A model generated the notes under the pieces. That model had not been told where the DNA came from. It made no database searches and saw only the letters and a list, made by a program, of their open reading frames with translations. DNA of 64,000 bases from Gemmatimonadota bacterium (GTDB taxonomy: Bacteria; Gemmatimonadota; Gemmatimonadetes; Palauibacterales; Palauibacteraceae). The stretch spans positions 2,944,001 through 3,008,000 of the forward strand of contig OZ220691.1 in assembly GCA_965116475.1 (NCBI GenBank). The letters are read 5' to 3'. The position numbers and the translations under genes were made by a program. Shown in pieces: positions 10,266-18,729 of this stretch. How positions within the stretch are numbered: position 1 is the stretch's first letter; each line of letters starts with the position of its first letter.

Positions 10266-11708
10266 ATGTTCTTTCGACAGGTTTTCGACGACACGCTCGC
10301 GCAGTACGCGTACCTCATCGGCTGCCAGCGTACCGGGGACGCGATCCTCTTCGATCCGCAGCGCGACATCGACCGCTACGTGGAACTGGCGGCGAGCGAA
10401 GACCTGCGGATCGTCGCCGTGGCCGAGACGCACATTCACGCCGATTTCCTCTCCGGCGCGAGAGAGTTCGCCGAACGCTTCGGGACGCGCCTCTACCTGT
10501 CCGATGAGGGCGGCCCGGACTGGCGGTACGAGTGGGCCCGCGACGGAGGCTACGACTTCGTACCGCTCCGGGACGGCGCCCGCTTCGAAACCGGCGAGAT
10601 CGCCTTCCAGGCGCTGCATACGCCGGGGCACACGCCCGAGCACATGTCGTTCCTCGTCACGGACCGTGGCGCGGGAGCGGACGAGCCCATGGGCCTCCTC
10701 TCGGGGGACTTCGTCTTCGTGGGCGACCTCGGCCGGCCCGACCTGCTCGAGACGGCGGCGCGGGTCGCCGGCGCGATGACGCCCGCGGCGCGCCGGCTGT
10801 ACGGCTCGGTGCGGAGCTTCCTCGACCTGCCCGACTACCTGCAGGTGTGGCCGGCCCACGGCGCCGGTTCCTCGTGCGGAAAGGCGCTCGGGGCCGTGCC
10901 GGAGACGACCGTGGGGTACGAGCGGCGCTTCAGCCCGGCGATCGCCGCCGCGCTGAAGGGGGAGGATGCCTTCGTCTCCCACATCCTCGAGGGACAGCCC
11001 GAGCCGCCGATGTACTTCGCCCGCATGAAGCGGGACAACCGCGATGGCGCCCCGGTTCTGGGCGGCCTCCCGCGCCCGCGCCGCGTCTCGCCGCGCGAGG
11101 CGGCCTCTCGCGCCCTGGCCGGTGCGAGCGCCGGGGATGTCGTGATCGACACGCGGCCGGACCGGTCGGCGTTCATGGCTCGGCACCTGCCGGGGTCGGT
11201 CTACGTTCCCCTCACGAAGTCGTTCTGCACCGCCGCGGGCTCCGTCCTGCCGGAGGGCGCGGCGGTCACGCTCGTCATCGACGAGACGGATCTCGAGTGG
11301 GCGGTGCGGCGCCTGGTGCGGATCGGGTTCGACGACGTGACGGGCTTCGTGGAGCACGGAGCGCTCGACCGATACTTTGACGAGGGTGGGGAGGCGGCCT
11401 CGATCCCGGAGATCGACCTTCAGGCCGCGAGCCGGCTGTCGACGAGTGGGCGGGGCGAGGTGCTCGATGTGAGGTACGCTGCGGAGTACGCGGCGTCGCA
11501 CCTTCCCGGAGCGGTCAACGCCTCCTACACGCGGCTGCCCGACTACGCGGACCGGCTGCCGCCGAACGGCTCGCTGCTCGTACATTGCCTGAGCGGCGCG
11601 CGGGCCGCGGTGGCCGCGAGCTACCTGGCCCGCGAGGGGCGCGACGTGCACTACATCAACGACCTGTTCACCGCGTACGCGGGATCGCTGGAAACCGGAG
11701 GACCCTAG
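10266..11708 (+). CDS. MBL-fold hydrolase with two rhodanese domains (persulfide dioxygenase/sulfurtransferase-like)
   Basis: ETHIHADFLSG, HTPGHTPEH, GDLGRPDLLE, PAHGAGSSCGK, C-terminal VHCLSGAR. Confidence 0.88.
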   Translation: MFFRQVFDDTLAQYAYLIGCQRTGDAILFDPQRDIDRYVELAASEDLRIVAVAETHIHADFLSGAREFAERFGTRLYLSDEGGPDWRYEWARDGGYDFVPLRDGARFETGEIAFQALHTPGHTPEHMSFLVTDRGAGADEPMGLLSGDFVFVGDLGRPDLLETAARVAGAMTPAARRLYGSVRSFLDLPDYLQVWPAHGAGSSCGKALGAVPETTVGYERRFSPAIAAALKGEDAFVSHILEGQPEPPMYFARMKRDNRDGAPVLGGLPRPRRVSPREAASRALAGASAGDVVIDTRPDRSAFMARHLPGSVYVPLTKSFCTAAGSVLPEGAAVTLVIDETDLEWAVRRLVRIGFDDVTGFVEHGALDRYFDEGGEAASIPEIDLQAASRLSTSGRGEVLDVRYAAEYAASHLPGAVNASYTRLPDYADRLPPNGSLLVHCLSGARAAVAASYLAREGRDVHYINDLFTAYAGSLETGGP

Positions 11709-11710
11709 GC

Positions 11711-14068
11711 ATGGTTACACGCACAGAGATTCGACTGGAGATCCGACCGCTTGCGGCCGCCTGCGCCGTTGTCGCGGCCTTCGCCGCCCTGACCTGGGCT
11801 GCCGCTCCCGCGCCGCTGGCCGCGCAGGGGTTCGGCACTTCGGTCGTCGTCGTCGAGGACGCGGTGCTGGTGGGGGAGCCCACCTCCGAGCGGGAGCCCG
11901 GAAGCGTGCGCGTCTTCCGCGCCGGCGACTGGACGGAGGCCCAGGCGCTGTACGCCCCGGAGGCCGCCGTGCGAGACCGCTTCGGGGTCGCGTTGGCGGC
12001 CGTGGGTTCCCGACTTTTCGTGGGCGCCCCGGGCGCGGGCGCCGTTCACGTGTACGAGCGGGGTACGGAATGGCTGCACGCGAGAGAAGTCCTTTCTCCG
12101 GGCCTGGAGGAGTTCGGGCACTCGCTGGCCGCCGGGGACGAGCACCTTCTCGTGGCGGGTCGGGACGGTTCCAACGGACAGAACGTTGTCGTCGCCTACC
12201 GGCGCGCGGTCGGCGGCGGATGGGAGGAGGATGTCCGGCTCTCGGCGGACCCCGGCCAAACAGGATTCGGGGCCTCCATCGCGCTGGCGGGCGACCTCGC
12301 CCTGATCGGCGCGCCGCTCGCCGACGAGGCTCGGGGTGCGGCGTACCTGTTTCGCTTCGACGCGGCGGCAGGCTGGCAGCGCGTAGCCCACCTGGTCGGC
12401 GATGGCGGTGAGACCGGGCGCGCCCTCGGATCGGCCGTGGCGTTCGCGGGCGACGAAGCACTCGTCGGGGCGGCCGGAGAGGACGAGGGGTTGGGCGCCG
12501 TCCACCGATTCGCAAGGAACGCCGATGGCGAATGGCAGCGCGTGGGGACGATCGGGCCGGACAACCAGCCTCCCACCGCCTTCGGCGCCGCGCTCGCCGT
12601 GGACGGCGATGTCGCCTGGGTCGGCGCCCCGGCGGCCGCCTACGGCCAAGGTCTCGTGTACCGCCTCGACCGCGTTGGGGACGGCTGGACTGTCGATCAC
12701 GGGTGGGAGATGCCGGGCCGGGAACCTGCCCCGGCGGGCCGAGTGGTTGCGGTGGGTGGCGGACACGTCGTGGCGGGTCTCCCCACCGACGACTTCGGGG
12801 CCGGATCCGTCATCGTCCGCGCGGCCGATGCCGATGAAACCGAGATCGTCCGGCTCGTGAGCGAACAGGTCGGGCTCTCCTCGATCTCGGGCGGCCAGAT
12901 CGACTGCGAGGAGGGGCTCGCCGAGGGCTTCGACTGCGACCGTGTGGACCTCCTCTCCTTCATCCCGCGGGAAGAGCTCGGCGCCCCCCGCGGCGTCCGC
13001 CTCAACGACGTGTGGGGCTGGACCGATCCGTTGACGGGAAGCGAATACGCGCTCGTGGGCCGCATGGACGGCATCGCGTTCGTCGACGTGACGGATGCGT
13101 TCAACCCGCGGTATCTCGGCAACTTCGCCAAGACGCCCGGCAGCCGGTCGAACACGTGGCGCGACATGAAGGTGTACCGGGACCACATGTTCGTCGTCGC
13201 CGACGGGGCGGGGCAGCACGGGATGCAGGTCTTCGACCTCACCCAGCTGCGCGACGTCACGGAGCCCCGGGAGTGGGAGCCCACGGCGCTGTATGAAGAC
13301 GTCGCCTCGGTCCACAACGTCGCGATCAACGAGGAGACGGGCTTCGCGTACCTGGTGGGCGCCTCCGGAGGCGGCGAGACGTGCGGCGGCGGTTCGCACA
13401 TCGTCGACATCAACGACCCGCTCAATCCCGTGTTCGTCGGCTGTTTCGCCCATCCGAACACCGGGCGCCGCAACACCGGGAACTCGCACGACACGCAGTG
13501 CGTGATCTACCATGGCCCCGACGAGGACTACGCGGGCCGCGAGATCTGCGTGAACGCGAACGAGACGGCGATTTCGATCGCGGACGTGACGGACAAGTCG
13601 AACCCGGTCGCCGTGGCGCGCGCCGAGTACCCGAACGTGGCCTACGCGCACCAGGGCTGGCTCACGGAAGACCACGCGTACTTCTATTCCAACGACGAAC
13701 TCGACGAAGTGAGCGGGCAGGTGGACGCGACGCGGACCCTCGTGTGGGATCTGCGGGACCTCGACGATCCACTCCTCGTCCGGGAGTACTACAGCGAGAC
13801 GAAGGTCACGGACCACAACCTCTACGTCCGCGGCGACCGCCTCTACATGTCGAACAACCGCGCCGGGCTGCGCGTGCTCGACATCAGCGACCCGGAGAAC
13901 CCGACGGAGGCGGGGAGCTTCGATACCACGCCCTGGGGCGAGGACGCGGCGGGCTTCGACGGCACGTGGAGCGTCTACCCGTACTTCGAAAGCGGGACGA
14001 TCCTCCTCTCGAGCCGCCGCGAGGGTCTGTTTCTCGTGAAGGCGCGGGACGAGCGACTTGTTCCCTGA
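11711..14068 (+). CDS. secreted FG-GAP-repeat plus choice-of-anchor B (LVIVD-like) protein
   Basis: Signal peptide, repeated FGxxxA..GAP units, NDVWGWTDP, WRDMKVY, YAHQGWLTED, HNLYV, WSVYPYFESG. Confidence 0.85.
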   Translation: MVTRTEIRLEIRPLAAACAVVAAFAALTWAAAPAPLAAQGFGTSVVVVEDAVLVGEPTSEREPGSVRVFRAGDWTEAQALYAPEAAVRDRFGVALAAVGSRLFVGAPGAGAVHVYERGTEWLHAREVLSPGLEEFGHSLAAGDEHLLVAGRDGSNGQNVVVAYRRAVGGGWEEDVRLSADPGQTGFGASIALAGDLALIGAPLADEARGAAYLFRFDAAAGWQRVAHLVGDGGETGRALGSAVAFAGDEALVGAAGEDEGLGAVHRFARNADGEWQRVGTIGPDNQPPTAFGAALAVDGDVAWVGAPAAAYGQGLVYRLDRVGDGWTVDHGWEMPGREPAPAGRVVAVGGGHVVAGLPTDDFGAGSVIVRAADADETEIVRLVSEQVGLSSISGGQIDCEEGLAEGFDCDRVDLLSFIPREELGAPRGVRLNDVWGWTDPLTGSEYALVGRMDGIAFVDVTDAFNPRYLGNFAKTPGSRSNTWRDMKVYRDHMFVVADGAGQHGMQVFDLTQLRDVTEPREWEPTALYEDVASVHNVAINEETGFAYLVGASGGGETCGGGSHIVDINDPLNPVFVGCFAHPNTGRRNTGNSHDTQCVIYHGPDEDYAGREICVNANETAISIADVTDKSNPVAVARAEYPNVAYAHQGWLTEDHAYFYSNDELDEVSGQVDATRTLVWDLRDLDDPLLVREYYSETKVTDHNLYVRGDRLYMSNNRAGLRVLDISDPENPTEAGSFDTTPWGEDAAGFDGTWSVYPYFESGTILLSSRREGLFLVKARDERLVP

Positions 14069-14071
14069 CCC

Positions 14072-15751
14072 ATGTGTTCCGTCCTCGGCATCTTCGAGAT
14101 CGAGCCCGGCGCGGCGGGCCTCCGCCGCCGGGCGCTCGACCTGTCGCGGCGCCAGCGGCACCGCGGGCCGGACTGGAGCGGCGTCTACGCGGGCGAGCGG
14201 GCCATCCTCGCCCACGAGCGGCTCTCCATCGTCGACGTGGAGAGCGGGGCGCAGCCCCTGTTCGGTCCCGACCGCACGACGGTGCTCGCGGTCAACGGGG
14301 AGATCTACAACCACACGGAGCTGGAGCGCGGCGCCGCGCGCGGCTATCCGTTCCGGACGCGCTCCGACTGCGAGGTCATCCTCGCGCTGTACGACGGGCG
14401 GCCCGACGACCCCGCGGAGTGGCTCAACGAGCTGAGCGGGATCTTCGCCTTCGCCCTCTACGACGAGACGCGCGACCGCTACCTGATCGCGCGCGATCCC
14501 ATCGGCGTCATGCCGCTCTACACGGGGCGGGACGCGGAGGGGCGCTTCTACGTGGCCTCCGAGATGAAGGCGCTCATCGACACCTGTCCCGAGATCCACG
14601 ACTTCCCGCCGGGACACATGCTCGACAGCGGCGAGGGCGATGGCCGGCCGGTGCCGTACTACCGCCCGGGGTGGCGTGAGTACGACGCGGCGGCGGGCGG
14701 ACCGACGGATCCCGCGCGGGTGCGCGACGCGCTGGAGGAGGCGGTGCATCGGCAGCTGATGTCGGACGTGCCGTACGGCGTACTCCTCTCGGGCGGCCTC
14801 GACTCGTCGATCATCTCGGCGCTGGCCATGAAGTTCTCGCGCCGTCGCGTCGAGTCGGACGACAAGGAGGAGGCGTGGTGGCCCCGGCTCCATTCGTTCG
14901 CCATCGGACTCGACGGCGCTCCGGACCTGGAGGCGGCCCGCGCCGCGGCCGACGCGATCGGCACCGTGCATCACGAGATCGTCTACACGCTCCAGGAGGG
15001 ACTCGACGCGATCTCCGACGTCATCCGGCACCTCGAGACGTTCGACGTGACGACGGTGCGGGCGTCCACCCCGATGTACCTCATGGCCCGCCGCATAAAG
15101 GCGACGGGGATCAAGATGGTGCTCTCGGGCGAGGGCGCGGATGAGGTCTTCGGGGGCTACCTCTACTTCCACAAGGCCCCCGACGCGCGGGCGTTCCACG
15201 ATGAGACCGTCCGCAAGCTCGACCAGCTCCACAAGTACGACTGCCTGCGCGCGAACAAGTCGATGGCGGCGTGGGGGGTGGAGGCGCGCGTCCCCTTCCT
15301 CGACCGCGAGTTCCTCGACGTCGCCATGGCCCTCGACCCGGAGTCGAAACGGCCCACGGACGGCCGCATGGAGAAGCACATCCTGCGCGAGGCGTTCGAG
15401 GGACTCCTCCCGGACGAGATCCTGTGGCGCCAGAAGGAACAGTTCTCCGACGGAGTGGGCTACTCCTGGATCGACAGCCTGAAGGAGATGGCCGAGGGCG
15501 AGATCGGCGACGGACAACTCGCCAGGGCGGCCGCGCGCTTCCCCACCAACACGCCGCTCACGAAGGAAGCGTATCTCTACCGCTCGATCTTCGCGTCGCA
15601 CTTCCCCGGAGAGCCGGCCGTCCGCTGCGTCCCGGAGGGCCCGAGCATCGCGTGCAGCACGCCGGCGGCCATCGCCTGGGATCCCGCCTTCGCCGGCATG
15701 GCCGACCCCTCGGGCCGCGCCGTGCAGGGCGTGCACGCCCACAGCTATTGA
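14072..15751 (+). CDS. asnB: glutamine-hydrolysing asparagine synthetase B
   Basis: N-terminal MC, RHRGPDWSG, HERLSIVD, NGEIYNH, LLSGGLDSS, SGEGADE, RVPFLD, RQKEQFSDGVG. Confidence 0.97.
   Translation: MCSVLGIFEIEPGAAGLRRRALDLSRRQRHRGPDWSGVYAGERAILAHERLSIVDVESGAQPLFGPDRTTVLAVNGEIYNHTELERGAARGYPFRTRSDCEVILALYDGRPDDPAEWLNELSGIFAFALYDETRDRYLIARDPIGVMPLYTGRDAEGRFYVASEMKALIDTCPEIHDFPPGHMLDSGEGDGRPVPYYRPGWREYDAAAGGPTDPARVRDALEEAVHRQLMSDVPYGVLLSGGLDSSIISALAMKFSRRRVESDDKEEAWWPRLHSFAIGLDGAPDLEAARAAADAIGTVHHEIVYTLQEGLDAISDVIRHLETFDVTTVRASTPMYLMARRIKATGIKMVLSGEGADEVFGGYLYFHKAPDARAFHDETVRKLDQLHKYDCLRANKSMAAWGVEARVPFLDREFLDVAMALDPESKRPTDGRMEKHILREAFEGLLPDEILWRQKEQFSDGVGYSWIDSLKEMAEGEIGDGQLARAAARFPTNTPLTKEAYLYRSIFASHFPGEPAVRCVPEGPSIACSTPAAIAWDPAFAGMADPSGRAVQGVHAHSY
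15566..15751 (+). repeat. left copy of a 186-bp direct repeat (3' end of asnB)
   Basis: Manual alignment with 17164-17349: 11 mismatches, no indels. Confidence 0.95.
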
Positions 15752-15793
15752 CACGCTAACGCCCAGATCGCTCAGAGGGCTGACTTCAGCGCT

Positions 15794-16828
15794 TCAGAGT
15801 CCGTCTCCACGCGGAAGGTCGTACCAATAAAGGGTGTTGACGCCCAGGCCCGAGGTGTCCGGTTCGATCCCCAGCAGGCGATCGCCCTTGACCATTAAGT
15901 CCCGCGCCGGTGCTCTCAGCACCACGGTCTCAACGAAGGACGGTTCGTGGCCGAGCCGAAAGAGATCCACATACACGTGCTTGGCCTCTCGAAGGTGTGG
16001 TAGCCAAAGCCGACCGACAGCGTCGATGCCTCCCCACCCGTACCATGGAAGCGCCTGACTGCGCAGATCTTCGATCGACAGTCCCGCTGTCCAGCCACCT
16101 TCCCGCGCGCGCCGCGCCTGATTATCGCGGCGTCTTTGAACCACGGATTCCTCCGGCAAGCGCTCTTCGTAGGTTGGAGATGAAAGCACGGTTACTCGCC
16201 CCTCAAGCCCATCCGGATACCACAACAGGTATTCCCCGAAACAGGTAAAATAGAGAACGCCGGCTGCCACCAAGTGAGCGCTTTGTACTTTCACCTGCCC
16301 GTACCCCGGCGAGGTCCGACACCTCACGTCGGCTCCGTCCGGCCGTCCCCGCCAGAGCACCTCGCCGGTCCCGAGATGAATCTCCGCATCGGAACCTGGC
16401 TCCATCGCCAACGCCGTACTGTCTCCGCCACCGACAAGCAGGGTCCACCTCTGCGACGACGGCATGGATTCAACGAAAGTTCCCTCGGCGGTGAATCTCG
16501 AAAACCGCTGTAGGTGAGCGTCATAAAGGACAAGATCCCCATTCGACGTGGGCACGAGCCCCATGGGCGATTCCATCTCGCCTGGGCCCTCACCTCTTGT
16601 GCCGAACGACCAGCGGTTTCCGTGAATGTCTCCACAGTTGACCCGATAAAGAAAAGGATCCACCGCGCATACTGTATCGGGCGAAGGCAGGGACAGCCCC
16701 AGCAGAGTCCCGTCGAACCGGGTCGTCGCCACCGGCTCAATCTCCATCAGGTTAGCCGGCCCCGCCTGCTCTTCGCCGTCACAACCCAGAAGCAGGCCCG
16801 CCCCCAACAGAGCTACTGAAGTCCGCAC
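15794..16828 (-). CDS. lipoprotein, probable 6-bladed beta-propeller (NHL-like)
   Basis: Lipobox LLLG-C, FGTRGEGPGEM, LYD...RFSRFTAEGTFV, IDAVGRLW; start overlaps the end of the small gene upstream. Confidence 0.75.
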   Translation of the reverse strand: MRTSVALLGAGLLLGCDGEEQAGPANLMEIEPVATTRFDGTLLGLSLPSPDTVCAVDPFLYRVNCGDIHGNRWSFGTRGEGPGEMESPMGLVPTSNGDLVLYDAHLQRFSRFTAEGTFVESMPSSQRWTLLVGGGDSTALAMEPGSDAEIHLGTGEVLWRGRPDGADVRCRTSPGYGQVKVQSAHLVAAGVLYFTCFGEYLLWYPDGLEGRVTVLSSPTYEERLPEESVVQRRRDNQARRAREGGWTAGLSIEDLRSQALPWYGWGGIDAVGRLWLPHLREAKHVYVDLFRLGHEPSFVETVVLRAPARDLMVKGDRLLGIEPDTSGLGVNTLYWYDLPRGDGL

Positions 16829-17067
16829 TCGTCATCCATGCAGGCCCAGAACACCCGGCTGCCCGCCGACGTAGCCATAATCTCGATCGCCTCGTCGGTG
16901 AGACGATTGCCGATCGCCTCCAGCCGCTCTCGAGTGGCGTTGTACTCATCCATTCCCTGGTCGTGGCAGCCCTGCGTGCAGAGGTCTGGAGCCACCTGCC
17001 CGCTCAAGGAAAGGCTCGTCGCGAACAGCAGCGTCAGCGTCGTTGCAATCCGTCGGATCGAACGCAT
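16813..17067 (-). CDS. small (84 aa) secreted protein with four Cys (CxxxC...CxxxxC)
   Basis: GGAGGA RBS, signal peptide MRSIRRIATTLTLLFATSLSLSG, CTQGC and CMDDEC. Confidence 0.7.
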   Translation of the reverse strand: MRSIRRIATTLTLLFATSLSLSGQVAPDLCTQGCHDQGMDEYNATRERLEAIGNRLTDEAIEIMATSAGSRVFWACMDDECGLQ

Positions 17068-17118
17068 GATTCCTCCACCTTCCATAGGATTAGTAAGAAT
17101 CCGTATCGTGATTGCGAT

Positions 17119-17150
17119 ACCCTACGCGTGCGGGGGGGGGGGGGGTGCAA
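17119..17150 (-). promoter_or_regulatory. candidate sigma70 promoter with a homopolymer in the spacer
   Basis: Minus strand TTGCAC (17150-17145), 20-bp spacer mostly poly-C, TAGGGT (17124-17119); G14 at 17132-17145 on the plus strand. Confidence 0.5.
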
Positions 17151-17163
17151 GCACAGAGTTCAA

Positions 17164-17349
17164 GAAGCGTATCTCTACCGCTCGATCTTCGCGTCCCACT
17201 TCCCCGGCGAGCCCGCCGTCCGCTGCGTCCCGGCGGGTCCGAGCATCGCGTGCAGCACGCCCGCGGCCATTGCCTGGGACCCCGCCTTCGCCGGCATGGC
17301 CAACCCCTCGGGCCGCGCCGTGCAGGGCGTCCACGCCCACAGCTACTGA
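17164..17349 (+). pseudogene. asnB: duplicated 3' fragment of asnB (61 codons plus stop), right copy of the direct repeat
   Basis: Encodes EAYLYRSIFASHF...VHAHSY; no plausible start of its own. Confidence 0.92.
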
Positions 17350-17383
17350 CTCTAAGCGTCAGTTCATCGAGGAGGGAACCGAG

Positions 17384-18640
17384 ATGAGGATCTGGCGGGA
17401 AGGAGATCGCGGGTACGCCCTCGCGCCTGCCGTGTTGGCGGCGATGTTGACGGTCTCGCCCGCACTCTCGCAGGTGCGCTGCGAAAACGGTACGGCGGAT
17501 GGGTTTCCGTGCGATCGCGTGGATCTGCTCGCCGTCGTCGCGCCCGGGCAACTCGGCGCCGGCGGGGACACCCTGCTCAACGACGTGTGGGGATGGACGG
17601 ACCCCGAGACGGGGAGGAACTACGCGCTCGTGGGACGAACGAACGGGACTGCGTTCGTCGACGTGAGCGACCCTTCCCAGCCGCGCTATGTCGGCGACCT
17701 CCCCGCGACCGAGGGCAGCGAACCCGGCCAGTGGCGGGACATGAAAGTGTTCCGCGATCACCTGTTCGTCGTTGCGGGAGGCCCGGTCCGCCATGGCATG
17801 CAGATCTTCGACCTCACGCAACTCCGGGATGTCCCGGAAGCGCGGGAGTTCCGGCCTGCGGCCACCTACGACGGGGTCGCGTCGAGCCACAACATCGTCA
17901 TCAACGAGGAGACCGGCTTCGCCTATCTGGTCGGGTCCGCGGTGGAGGGCGAGACGTGCGACGGGGGATCTCACATCGTCGACATCAACGAGCCGTTGAA
18001 CCCCATCTTCGTCGGCTGCTTCGCACATCTCGCCACGGGCCGCCGGGGTACCGGCTATACCCACGACGCGCAGTGCGTCATCTACCGCGGTCCCGACGGG
18101 GACCATCGAGGCCGCGAAATCTGCGCGGGCGGGAACGAGACCCACTTCTCGCTGGCCGACGTAACGGATAAGTCGAACCCCGTCCCGCTCTCGGCGGCCC
18201 AATACCCCGGCACCGGGTACGCGCATCAGGGGTGGTTCGGCTAGGACCACCGCTACTTACGGCAACGACGAACTCGACGGACTCGTGCGGGATATGCCTG
18301 GGCCTCGCGTGCTCGTGTTCGACGTCAGCGACCTGGAAGATCCCATACTGGTGAACGAGTACTTCGGTCCGGCGAAGGCCAGCACGCACAACCTGTACGC
18401 GCGCGGCGACCGGCTCTACATGGCGAACAACCTCGGCGGCCTCCTCGTCCTCGATCTCACCACCCCGAGACCCCGGTCACGGCCGGCAGCTTCGACACGA
18501 CGCCGTCCAGCGCGGACGAAGTCGGGTTCGGCGGGGCCTGGAGCGTCTATCCGTTCTTCGAGAGCGGGACGATCCTCGTCTCAAGCCGCCGCGAGGGCCT
18601 CTTCCTCCTCCAAATGTCCGCGCGCGAAGGGACTCGCTGA
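17384..18640 (+). pseudogene. disrupted choice-of-anchor B paralog
   Basis: Colinear with the C-terminal half of 11711-14068; in-frame TAG at 18242-18244 (GWFG*DH vs GWLTEDH), frameshifts near 18255 and 18460; WSVYPFFESG tail ends at TGA 18640. Confidence 0.85.
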
Positions 18641-18729
18641 GTCTTCAACGGGTGGTTTGCGCCCTCCGTCGCCGGACGGACATCTTGTGAGACGCAGTCG
18701 GGATTCTCACGCAAGTTCGAGGTCGAGCG

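Larger units (their letters stand above)
15752..17349. mobile_element. small inserted cassette/islet at the asnB 3' end, no integrase visible
   Basis: Bounded by the duplicated asnB 3' end; visibly more A/T-rich than the flanks; cargo genes lie on the opposite strand. Confidence 0.7.

Noticed and set aside
11705..15754. 1349-aa minus-strand ORF and many other long antisense or alternate-frame ORFs
   Set aside because: Shadow ORFs of high-GC genes: Arg/Pro/Gly-rich, no motifs, and overlapping clearly identified genes
15752..15793. Possible integron attC site at the cassette edge
   Set aside because: No RYYYAAC...GTTRRRY pair with a matching inverted structure, and no integron integrase
16963..17349. 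128-aa ORF reading through the G tract into the asnB fragment
   Set aside because: Overlaps the small minus-strand gene and has no RBS; a chance in-frame join
18242..18244. In-frame TAG as possible pyrrolysine or readthrough
   Set aside because: It replaces a Glu codon and is followed by two frameshifts, which fits pseudogenisation
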